Assembly: GCA_031283585.1 (NCBI GenBank)
Contig: JAITBP010000005.1
Coordinates: 15,139 to 79,138 of the forward strand
Length of the DNA stretch: 64,000 nt
DNA from: Puniceicoccales bacterium
GTDB taxonomy: Bacteria; Verrucomicrobiota; Verrucomicrobiia; Opitutales; LL51
Reading direction: 5' to 3'
Shown here piece by piece: positions 30,592-38,692 of the stretch (position 1 is the stretch's first letter; each line of letters opens with the position of its first letter). The notes under the pieces are model-generated. The model had not been told where the DNA came from, did not search any database, and saw nothing but the letters and a program-made list of their open reading frames with translations. The position numbers were made by a program, and so were the translations under genes.

Positions 30592-31162
30592 TAAAAATAT
30601 CCTTGTATTTCCTGAAGTACAATATCCCAGACACCAGGGTAAGGATGGACGCAACCAGAAACAAAATCAATCCGGCATAGTAAAAAAAAACTATCACTGA
30701 CCTGGGTACAACCGAAGCCCAGTCTCTGGACAGGGCTTTCCAAATTATTAAAACCCCAACGGATACTATTTGAATCACGGTCTTTATTTTTCCTAATTTT
30801 TCCGCCGCAATAACAATACCTTCGGAGGAAGCAATCAATCGTAATCCGGTCACAATAAACTCTCGGCCGATGACCAATAGGACAAAAAAAAGCGTCCACT
30901 TTGGCAACATCCCCAACGCCAGGATCGATACAAATAATCCAATCATGAATATCTTATCCATCAGCGCGTCCATGAATTTACCAAAATTTGATACCATATC
31001 ACAGCGTCGAGCTAAATAACCATCTAGCCAATCGGTCCAGGAAGCAAAAATAAATACAAATAACCCAATGGTCGACGCAAACCTCACGTCAACATACAGA
31101 AGAGCCACCACAACGAACAGTGATGGCACTCTGGACAAAGTCACACAGTTCGCAATATTCAC
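30581..31162 (-). CDS. pgsA: CDP-diacylglycerol--glycerol-3-phosphate 3-phosphatidyltransferase
   Basis: CDP-alcohol phosphatidyltransferase motif DWLDGYLARR....G...D...D. Confidence 0.9.
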   Translation of the reverse strand: MNIANCVTLSRVPSLFVVVALLYVDVRFASTIGLFVFIFASWTDWLDGYLARRCDMVSNFGKFMDALMDKIFMIGLFVSILALGMLPKWTLFFVLLVIGREFIVTGLRLIASSEGIVIAAEKLGKIKTVIQIVSVGVLIIWKALSRDWASVVPRSVIVFFYYAGLILFLVASILTLVSGILYFRKYKDIFNAD

Positions 31163-31184
31163 TATATAAAAATGAAATGACCGG

Positions 31185-31847
31185 TTATTTCGCTGCTTTC
31201 ACAGTTTCAACACCATTATTATTGGCCTTAGTACTAGACACATCCACCTTATCGTCTGGCTTAGGAGCAGATGCGTTTAATTTTTCAAGTATCTCATCGG
31301 AAAGATCCAACGAATCATCGGCATAAAAAATATCCTGGTTGGCCTTATTTATAACCATCACAACGTTCTTCGCTTTTGCGATTTCTTCCACAGCCTTTTT
31401 TATAACGTCTACCTGCTCCATCAACCTAGATTGTTGCATTTGAAACAGCTGAGTATCAGCTTCGTTTCTAAACTTATTCACTTCCATCTCCTTTTGAAGC
31501 AGCTCCGTTTCCTTGGCCTCGGCTTCTTTTTTAAATTTATCCTTGGCCTCATCAGCTACGGCCGGGTTTTCAGACTTAGCTTTAAGCTCATCCAACTCTT
31601 TCCTAAGCTTAGAGCTCTGGTCTATCATAGTCTGCAATTCCTTCTTAGCAGCTTCTACCTTGACGGCTAGCTCATCGCCTATTTCACGAATCTTATAATA
31701 TCCTCCCAATACCTTCTGCGCATCAAAAACCCGAATATTACATCCAGACCCCTTGGTATCACAATTATTACCAGCATTAACCACAGCTCCACAGACGAGC
31801 AATATCAACGAACCAATACAAACCACAGGTATCAATAGTTTTTTCAT
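31185..31847 (-). CDS. OmpH/Skp-family periplasmic chaperone
   Basis: Signal peptide (MKKLLIPVVCIGSLILLVCGAVVNA) followed by a long charged coiled-coil. Sits downstream of fabZ, as in many Gram-negatives. Confidence 0.6.
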   Translation of the reverse strand: MKKLLIPVVCIGSLILLVCGAVVNAGNNCDTKGSGCNIRVFDAQKVLGGYYKIREIGDELAVKVEAAKKELQTMIDQSSKLRKELDELKAKSENPAVADEAKDKFKKEAEAKETELLQKEMEVNKFRNEADTQLFQMQQSRLMEQVDVIKKAVEEIAKAKNVVMVINKANQDIFYADDSLDLSDEILEKLNASAPKPDDKVDVSSTKANNNGVETVKAAK

Positions 31848-31932
31848 ATTAACATTTACCATAAACTTATCGAAATAATTCGATTTCACTCAATTATGCA
31901 ATAAAATTTTAAAAAAGATTTCAACCAATATT

Positions 31933-32367
31933 TTATCTAGAATCCGTAAAAGCAATCGAAAACCCAATTGAAACGTCTACTTTTTTATCATGGAAAGCTG
32001 ACCCTCGCATCATCATAAACTTTCCCATGGACTCCAAAAATTCTGCCTTTAACATCACCGTACTGCCAGGTAAGACAATCCTCTTAAATCGCGCATCATT
32101 TATTTTCGCCAGCACAGGAGTAATACCTCCGATTGGCCCAGAATCTTTCGCCAATTTATTGATTGCAAAGAAAGCAGCCACCTGGAATATGGCTTCGCAC
32201 AGTATTACCCCGGGTGTTATTGGCTGACCGGGATAGTGCCCTTTGTAAAAAAATTCATCCTTTTTGAATGTTTTTTTACCAATCGCGTGGCCATCACCGA
32301 CTTCCAGGATCTCATCCACAAATAAAAACGGCGGCCGATGGGGTATAACATCTTTTGGGTCAACCAT
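31933..32367 (-). CDS. fabZ: 3-hydroxyacyl-[ACP] dehydratase FabZ
   Basis: IPHRPPFLFVD and GHYPGQPITPGVILCEA hot-dog dehydratase motifs. Confidence 0.9.
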   Translation of the reverse strand: MVDPKDVIPHRPPFLFVDEILEVGDGHAIGKKTFKKDEFFYKGHYPGQPITPGVILCEAIFQVAAFFAINKLAKDSGPIGGITPVLAKINDARFKRIVLPGSTVMLKAEFLESMGKFMMMRGSAFHDKKVDVSIGFSIAFTDSR

Positions 32368-33032
32368 TAGTCTAACACCTCCAGGCCCTGTAGTTCATCA
32401 TCATTCCAATTTTCACCGGACATATCTATGGGCTCCTCCTCAGGAATATCATAGTCTTCAACAAACTCATCATCCGTTGAGGTATCCTCATCCAGATCAT
32501 AACCGGCAGGGATGTAATCCAATATGAAAACAATCTCATCGAACAAATGGGTCGCTGAACCAGCCATATATCTCTCATTTTGCACATCCCTGATACTTTC
32601 CTCCAGCTCCTGGGGGTCGATGGGGCGATTGAATTCCAGCAGATCATTTAGTAATTTGACTCGCATAAGGATTATGTGATCCACAAACTCTGCATAGGGC
32701 CCCTCGTTTTCAGATATCACATTTGGCAGAAAAAACAATTTTTCGACAGACTCCAGTGCTTTGGCATCAACCCGGGCAAGCTTGACCTTATTATCATTGA
32801 TAACATCTTCTATACGAAATTTATAGAAAGCATTATCCAGTATATCCTCTCTGAATCCATAGGCTTTCAATGGAGCAACAAGATCGACAATGTAATCGAA
32901 TTGTTTTGGATCTATAATGCTTAAACAATCCACATCCCATTGAATATCACTACTGATCTTATCGACCCACCAATTAAAATCATCTCCTAACCGAACCACA
33001 CACCATTCAAGATTATCTTTATTTGACACCAT
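32367..33032 (-). CDS. hypothetical acidic cytoplasmic protein
   Basis: 221 aa with no TM segment or signal peptide and a highly acidic C-terminal tail (DLDEDTSTDDEFVEDYDIPEEEP). Its stop overlaps the fabZ start (TAATG). Confidence 0.5.
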   Translation of the reverse strand: MVSNKDNLEWCVVRLGDDFNWWVDKISSDIQWDVDCLSIIDPKQFDYIVDLVAPLKAYGFREDILDNAFYKFRIEDVINDNKVKLARVDAKALESVEKLFFLPNVISENEGPYAEFVDHIILMRVKLLNDLLEFNRPIDPQELEESIRDVQNERYMAGSATHLFDEIVFILDYIPAGYDLDEDTSTDDEFVEDYDIPEEEPIDMSGENWNDDELQGLEVLD

Positions 33033-33190
33033 TTACATTAAAGTTAGCTAAATGTGCCAATATTAATCCCACCCTAGGCGTAAAGTAAAAAATTATATAG
33101 TATTCATTTTGGTATCGCAGAATCCACAATTTTTGTTGTGCAATAAATATAATATTTGTATTATTTTTAATTCAGAAGTCTACTTATAAA

Positions 33191-34564
33191 ATGGCCGAAA
33201 CAACTCAAGACTATAACCAGAAAAACCCTGATCAATATGATTTCGAAGAACTTCTGCAGTTGCTCGAGATTGGCATCGATTCAATAGACGTTAGGAAACT
33301 TTCAAATACGCCACCGGCTGATGTGGGTAAATTCCTTGAACGCCTACAACCAACGGAACAGCAGTTTATAATACAAAAACTGTCATCAACCATTGCATCG
33401 GCAGCCCTGGCATCCATGGCACCGGACGATTCGGCCGAAATAGTAAGAACCATGAGAGATTTCCGGGCCGTCAAAATCATCGAAAAACTGGCACCAGATG
33501 ATGCAGTTGATCTATTTTTAAATCTCGAAGTCAGAGACAGGGAAAGGCTTATAACAAAACTGCCAAAAGAAATCGGTGCCACCATACGGAACCTGCTCAA
33601 ATATGATCCCAATACGGCCGGTGGCGTCATGACTCCCTATGTAACAACCCTACGGGTGTCGATGATCGTCGACGAGGCCATACAGCATATCAAAAAAGAA
33701 AAAAATGAAACGGAAAATACTGATACTCTATATGTTATCGACCATCAACGGAAATTGGTTGGCACCACATCCGTAAGGAATCTAATATGGGCCAATTCGG
33801 ATCAAAAGGTGGCCGACATTATGGACACAGACATTAGCCATGCCTGTAATTATCAGACCGAAGACAAAAAAGTCGCACAAATAATGACCGAATCCGGCCT
33901 GCAAACATTACCAGTCATCGACGGCCAGGGCAGATTGTTGGGAATCATTACCCACGATGACGTCATAAATATACTCCAGGAAGCCGCCACGTCAGACATA
34001 CAGAAATTCCATGGTGCTGGTTCCGATGAGACCATAAATGATTCCATCAGCTATAGCGCCAATAGACGCATACCATGGTTAATCATAAACCTTTTCACGG
34101 CAATGATTTCTACAAAAATAATATCCACATTTTCAACCCAGATACGGGAGATGACAGCCCTGGCAGCATTCATGAACCTCACCTCAGTCCTCGGTGGAAA
34201 TTCCGGAGCCCAAACATTGGCAATCGCCATAAGAGGCTTTGCCCTAGGAGATTTCCACATCGGAGATGCTAAAAAAGTTTGCCTGAGGGAAGTCATTAAA
34301 GGCTTCATAAACGGCCTGGTGGTTGGATCGGCTGCAGCAGTTATATCATTGATATGTAGGCACAGTTGCCTATTTGCCTGTGTCATATTCATATCAATAG
34401 TATTGAACATGATAATGGCCGGCCTCTGTGGCACAATTATACCCATTGTGCTGAGAAAACTCCAATTTGATCCGGCCAGTAGCTCCTACATTATGCTCAC
34501 AACCATTACGGACTCCTTCGGCATATTTGTGTTTCTGTCACTTGGAGCAATGATTCTAGTCTGA
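33191..34564 (+). CDS. mgtE: magnesium transporter MgtE
   Basis: MgtE N-domain, tandem CBS domains (LPVIDGQGRLLGIITHDDV) and a C-terminal 5-TM domain. Confidence 0.9.
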   Translation: MAETTQDYNQKNPDQYDFEELLQLLEIGIDSIDVRKLSNTPPADVGKFLERLQPTEQQFIIQKLSSTIASAALASMAPDDSAEIVRTMRDFRAVKIIEKLAPDDAVDLFLNLEVRDRERLITKLPKEIGATIRNLLKYDPNTAGGVMTPYVTTLRVSMIVDEAIQHIKKEKNETENTDTLYVIDHQRKLVGTTSVRNLIWANSDQKVADIMDTDISHACNYQTEDKKVAQIMTESGLQTLPVIDGQGRLLGIITHDDVINILQEAATSDIQKFHGAGSDETINDSISYSANRRIPWLIINLFTAMISTKIISTFSTQIREMTALAAFMNLTSVLGGNSGAQTLAIAIRGFALGDFHIGDAKKVCLREVIKGFINGLVVGSAAAVISLICRHSCLFACVIFISIVLNMIMAGLCGTIIPIVLRKLQFDPASSSYIMLTTITDSFGIFVFLSLGAMILV

Positions 34565-34620
34565 CGATGTTTTTAGATTGAATCTTTCACCATATTTTTT
34601 ACAATATATTCCAAGAGGAT

Positions 34621-35097
34621 ATGGCTATGGAAAATAGAGCTTTTATCAATGGAATGCTTGGCGAAGTCGGTAGATCCCTAGGACTTAATTTAAAACTAAG
34701 GGACGATGGCCTTTGCATCATAAAGCAAGATCAATTTGAGACCGAATACATTATTGAACTTTCCCGCACCGCCGCTCTGCTGCATATATATTCGCCGATT
34801 GGTGATCTACCACAGACCAACAAGGCCGATGCGCTGGAATATCTCCTGAAGCTGAACCTCCATGGACTAGAGACAAATCAGTGCACCATCGGCCTGGATG
34901 CGCATACAAACAAAATCGTGCTTTCCTATAGCATATCCACTGAAATTCTCAATGCAAATCTGCTATCAAACGTGATTTGCAATTTTTTCACAACGGTACC
35001 AAAAATATTGAAAAAAATAGAAAATTTCGTCCAGTCCGATCCACAACAATCATTTGAACATTCAGATAACATAACCCAACTGCTTACGATAGTGTGA
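34621..35097 (+). CDS. CesT/SycE-like (class I type III secretion chaperone-like) protein
   Basis: 158 aa. The layout is N-helix (FINGMLGEVGRSLGL), DDGLCIIK strand, LLHIYSPIGDLP, ALEYLLKLNLHG, IGLDAHTNKIVLSYSI. AAGAGGA RBS upstream. Stop is 1 nt before the next ATG. Confidence 0.5.
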   Translation: MAMENRAFINGMLGEVGRSLGLNLKLRDDGLCIIKQDQFETEYIIELSRTAALLHIYSPIGDLPQTNKADALEYLLKLNLHGLETNQCTIGLDAHTNKIVLSYSISTEILNANLLSNVICNFFTTVPKILKKIENFVQSDPQQSFEHSDNITQLLTIV

Positions 35098-35098
35098 G

Positions 35099-35926
35099 AT
35101 GAGTGACGACCTCACAGTCCATTCTTCCAGTAATACCGATAGGATAAGTATAATAAACGACTATCTCGATGCGGTAAATCAGGAGACCAAGATAGAAAAT
35201 CCAACGATTTCGACAGTCGGCGAGCTTAGCATTGGCACAGAATCACTTACGGATGCACCAATGGGTGTGAACCTAGCCGGTCTTAGGGTAACAGACGATC
35301 CGCCAAGCATCAGCTCCGTGGGTCTGGTCCAGCACCAGGGAAATGAGCACAAAATAGATGTCAACGACGATGACCATGATGGTGTCCCGAATTATATTGA
35401 CGCAAAAGACACTGATAACCAACCAGCCGTAGATAGCGACAAGGATGGCATCCCGGATGACGTCGATGTAACCGGAAGTGCATCCGATGTTAAACAATCC
35501 CATAGGAATGAAAGCGCTTCTGCAGAACGAGTTAGATCATCGTTAATGTCCGCTCTAATGACATTCTTGCAGTTCGATTTCAGTCTACTCCTTGGAGGAG
35601 CTGATCCCAGCGATAACGAAGCCCGCAAAATCGGTGCATTGGCCCAAACATCGCTTGGAATAACAACGACCAAAGAAGCCAAGGTCGCCGACATGGACAA
35701 TTCGCGAAACGTACACCAGGAGATGCGTCAACATAAAATCAGGGCTAATCTAGGCAAGCGTCGAAACCTTGAAAATGAAGTGCTGACTGACACCAGGCCA
35801 CTATCCGGCGTAACAAAAAATAAATTCAAGGAATTGGAAAAACCACTCATGGCATCGCAGAAAGATCTTGGCATTAAAAGTGCAGTAATCCAGGATCAAC
35901 CTATCAAAAAACCTCCCATGATATAA
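35099..35926 (+). CDS. hypothetical protein with thrombospondin-type-3-like Ca-binding repeats; candidate chaperone-dependent secreted substrate
   Basis: 275 aa with no signal peptide and a polar S/T/N-rich N-terminus. Carries DDDHDGVPNYID and DSDKDGIPDDVD repeats. Translationally coupled to the upstream chaperone-like gene. Confidence 0.45.
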   Translation: MSDDLTVHSSSNTDRISIINDYLDAVNQETKIENPTISTVGELSIGTESLTDAPMGVNLAGLRVTDDPPSISSVGLVQHQGNEHKIDVNDDDHDGVPNYIDAKDTDNQPAVDSDKDGIPDDVDVTGSASDVKQSHRNESASAERVRSSLMSALMTFLQFDFSLLLGGADPSDNEARKIGALAQTSLGITTTKEAKVADMDNSRNVHQEMRQHKIRANLGKRRNLENEVLTDTRPLSGVTKNKFKELEKPLMASQKDLGIKSAVIQDQPIKKPPMI

Positions 35927-35987
35927 TAGAAGGCCAGAGCGAAGAGGCAGAGGCATTAAATTACTTGAATTTCGCCCAATTTGTATC

Positions 35988-37133
35988 ATGGTGGGGGTTG
36001 CGATCGAAATGAATGCAGCCAGCCAGATGGTTTCTAATTACACAAATTATCTAGCCAAATTAGAAAAATCTGGCCTGTTGAGATCGCTCAAAGCACAGCA
36101 CCAGGGTGGACTGGATTTTTCCAGCAATGACTATCTGGGACTGGCCAACTCCCCAGCCCTCTTAGAAGCCGGTTATGAAGCAGCAAGACTCTATGGCTCA
36201 GGAAGTACCGGATCGAGGCTTTTGTCCGGCAACAGTGATCTATTCGAAGATTTTGAAGCCCAAATAGCCAAAGACTATGGAACAGAAACGGCACTGCTAT
36301 TCAATTCCGGCTTTGATGCCAACATCGGGATTATTCCAGCCATTTCGGACAAAACCAGCCTAATCATCTTCGACAAATTAAACCATGCGAGCCTATATCA
36401 GGGTGCCCTGCTTAGTGGAGCCAAGTTATTACGCTACAACCACTTAGATTACACGATGCTTGGCGAAATTTTGAAAAAAAATATAAATAACCACGGAACG
36501 ATTATCATCGCATCGGAGACTGTGTTTGGCATGGACGGTGACAGGGCAAACCTGAAAATTTTGGCTGATCTATCCAGCAACTATAACGCCATCTTATACC
36601 TAGATGAAGCCCATGCCATTGGACTGCAGGGCAAAAACGGCTATGGCCTATCAACGGACTTCGATCTGGATAAAAACAGAACGATTATCCTGGGAACTCT
36701 CAGCAAAGCCCTGGGCTCAACCGGAGCCTATGTGGCTTGTAATTCTTTGATTAAAAACATGTTAATAAACAAATGTCAGAGCTTCATCTATTCGACAGCC
36801 CTGGCCCCATTTTGCATTGGAGCAGCGGCCCGGGCCTGGAAAATAGCCAAAACCATGACAAAAGAACGGAGGGCACTGATTGAAACATCTACCCGACTGA
36901 AAAATTATCTCAAGGACCTTGGATACAATGTGTTAGGAAACGGAACCAACATAATCCCAGTCCTATTCAACGGCCCGAATGAAGTGATGAAAAAGAAAGA
37001 AGATCTATGCAAAAACGGCCTGCTGGTATCGGCCCTGCGAAGGCCGACCGTAGCCAAACCACGCCTGCGCATCGCCGTCAATGCTAGGCATACCCAAAAT
37101 GATATCACAAAACTACTAAGTGCCTTCTCATGA
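35988..37133 (+). CDS. bioF: 8-amino-7-oxononanoate synthase
   Basis: Class II aminotransferase fold, with DEAHA and the PLP-lysine motif GTLSKALGSTGAY. Confidence 0.85.
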   Translation: MVGVAIEMNAASQMVSNYTNYLAKLEKSGLLRSLKAQHQGGLDFSSNDYLGLANSPALLEAGYEAARLYGSGSTGSRLLSGNSDLFEDFEAQIAKDYGTETALLFNSGFDANIGIIPAISDKTSLIIFDKLNHASLYQGALLSGAKLLRYNHLDYTMLGEILKKNINNHGTIIIASETVFGMDGDRANLKILADLSSNYNAILYLDEAHAIGLQGKNGYGLSTDFDLDKNRTIILGTLSKALGSTGAYVACNSLIKNMLINKCQSFIYSTALAPFCIGAAARAWKIAKTMTKERRALIETSTRLKNYLKDLGYNVLGNGTNIIPVLFNGPNEVMKKKEDLCKNGLLVSALRRPTVAKPRLRIAVNARHTQNDITKLLSAFS

Positions 37134-37762
37134 ACAGCTACACGTTTATTTTAGCCCATGGTTTTGGCTTCGATCACAGCTATTGGGGAAATTTTATCAA
37201 CCGGCTGAATGGTCAAAAATGGATGTTTTTCAAGGACAATTTGGTCCTGGATCCCAGGGAAAAATATATAGGGCTGGGCCATTCCCTTGGTTTTGCAAAG
37301 CTAAGCAACTCAACACTAAATTTCGATATCCTAGTGGGATTGCAGTGTTTTTGCAACTTTCTTGGCAACGGTGAAAAGCTTCGCCGACTTAGAAAGCCCC
37401 ACCTTGACCGTATGGTTAGCTCGGTTCATGACAACCCAACGGCCCACCTGGAACAGTTTTACAATTCCTGTGGCCAGGGCATAATTCCCAAATCCAAACC
37501 GGATACCGACCGACTGGCGATGGATCTGCAAATGTTATATAACTCCTTCCTACCTAGGCAATTGCCAACGCTCATCATCGGCGGAACGAAGGATGAGATC
37601 GTTCCAAAATCATTAATCGAGGACAATTTTCGATCCCACAGCCAGGTCACAATAAAATATCTGGACCTGGCCGGGCACACCCTTGGCTATGATCTTGCCA
37701 GTGAAGTCATTAAAACCCTAATTGAATTCATTCGGGACCATGAATCACCTAATCGGCAGTAA
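37130..37762 (+). CDS. alpha/beta hydrolase, probable pimeloyl-[ACP] methyl ester esterase (BioH/BioG-like)
   Basis: 210 aa. HGFG oxyanion region, nucleophile elbow GHSLG, late Asp (TKDEIV) and His (LAGHT). ATGA overlap with bioF, and sits between bioF and bioC. Confidence 0.55.
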   Translation: MNSYTFILAHGFGFDHSYWGNFINRLNGQKWMFFKDNLVLDPREKYIGLGHSLGFAKLSNSTLNFDILVGLQCFCNFLGNGEKLRRLRKPHLDRMVSSVHDNPTAHLEQFYNSCGQGIIPKSKPDTDRLAMDLQMLYNSFLPRQLPTLIIGGTKDEIVPKSLIEDNFRSHSQVTIKYLDLAGHTLGYDLASEVIKTLIEFIRDHESPNRQ

Positions 37763-38468
37763 ATTCGACCTGGCTGCTGAACACTACGACGCCCAGGCCA
37801 TTGTACAGAAAGAAACCGCGATACAACTCGTTGGTATGGTTCGAGATTTACAGGGAACCCGCTCGGTGCTGGACGTTGGTTGTGGCACAGGGTTCGCAGC
37901 CATCGAAACGCTAAAATATTTTCCCAATGCCAAACTCCAGGTCCTGGACATTTCCAAAAAAATGCTAGCCATTGCCAGGCGTAAGCTCCAGGGCCATAAG
38001 GTGATATACACCGAGTGCGACGCCGAATCCCAGGAGTTTGGCACGAACTTCGATCTGGCCATTTCAAATCTCTGTGTCCAATGGTTCAACAACCTCGAAA
38101 AATTCATCCAAAAAATACTAAAGGTCTCAAAATATTTCGCATTCTCAACCCTGGTCGATGGTAGTTTTAGAGAATTTTCAAAAATATTTGAAACCAGTGG
38201 GAAAACTTCGCCGTTACTTAACTACAAGACCCAGCAGGAGTTAGAGGGTATTTGCCAATCTTTTGGAGAAATAATAGCCAGCCAGACAAAAACCTTCAAA
38301 CTATCATTCCCTTCGGCCCAGGCCGCCGCAATGCATTTCAAAAAAATAGGAGCAAACATAGCTAGTAATAATTCTAATAACGCGCTCGCGCTGCTTAACC
38401 ATCGATCTCCGATTAACCTAGAATACAAGGTATACTTCTGTCTAATCAGGGCAACAGCCACCAATTAA
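37740..38468 (+). CDS. bioC: malonyl-[ACP] O-methyltransferase
   Basis: SAM-binding motif VLDVGCGTG and a BioC-like N-terminus (F..AA..YD..A..Q). Start set at the first ATG. Confidence 0.75.
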   Translation: MNHLIGSKFDLAAEHYDAQAIVQKETAIQLVGMVRDLQGTRSVLDVGCGTGFAAIETLKYFPNAKLQVLDISKKMLAIARRKLQGHKVIYTECDAESQEFGTNFDLAISNLCVQWFNNLEKFIQKILKVSKYFAFSTLVDGSFREFSKIFETSGKTSPLLNYKTQQELEGICQSFGEIIASQTKTFKLSFPSAQAAAMHFKKIGANIASNNSNNALALLNHRSPINLEYKVYFCLIRATATN

Positions 38469-38483
38469 ATTAAATAAGTATTT

Positions 38484-38560
38484 TGGTCGGGCTGGAGAGA
38501 TTCGAACTCTCGACCCCTTGCACCCCATGCAAGTGCGCTACCAGACTACGCCACAACCCG
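38484..38560 (-). tRNA. tRNA-Pro (anticodon GGG)
   Basis: CGGGTTG-TG-GCGT-AGTCTGGTA-GCGC-A-CTTGC-ATGGGGT-GCAAG-GGGTC-GAGAG-TTCGAAT-CTCTC-CAGCCCG-A-CCA. Confidence 0.9.
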
Positions 38561-38565
38561 TTCAG

Positions 38566-38595
38566 CATATACTAACCAAACCTAATGCTGGTCAA
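38566..38595 (-). promoter_or_regulatory. putative sigma70-type promoter for tRNA-Pro
   Basis: Minus strand: TTGACC, 18 nt, TATATG, ending about 5 nt before the tRNA 5' end, with a long T-rich tract upstream (UP-element-like). By eye only. Confidence 0.35.
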
Positions 38596-38624
38596 TAACC
38601 ATTTACAATTACCTGACTTTTCAA

Positions 38625-38690
38625 CCAAAAAATCAAAAAACGAAAAAACAAAAGAAACAGAAAAAACAAAAAAACAAAAAAAACAAAAAG
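38625..38690. repeat. homopolymer-rich A(n)C/G low-complexity tract (T-rich on the murJ/tRNA-Pro strand)
   Basis: caaaaaatcaaaaaacgaaaaaacaaaagaaacagaaaaaacaaaaaaacaaaaaaaacaaaaag, lying between the murJ stop and the tRNA-Pro promoter. Confidence 0.8.
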
Positions 38691-38692
38691 CA

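Noticed and set aside
33033-33190. An M-box (ykoK) magnesium riboswitch upstream of mgtE.
   Set aside because: The spacer is only 158 nt and very AT-rich. I could not find the conserved G/C-rich M-box helices or core motifs. It looks like a plain promoter region.
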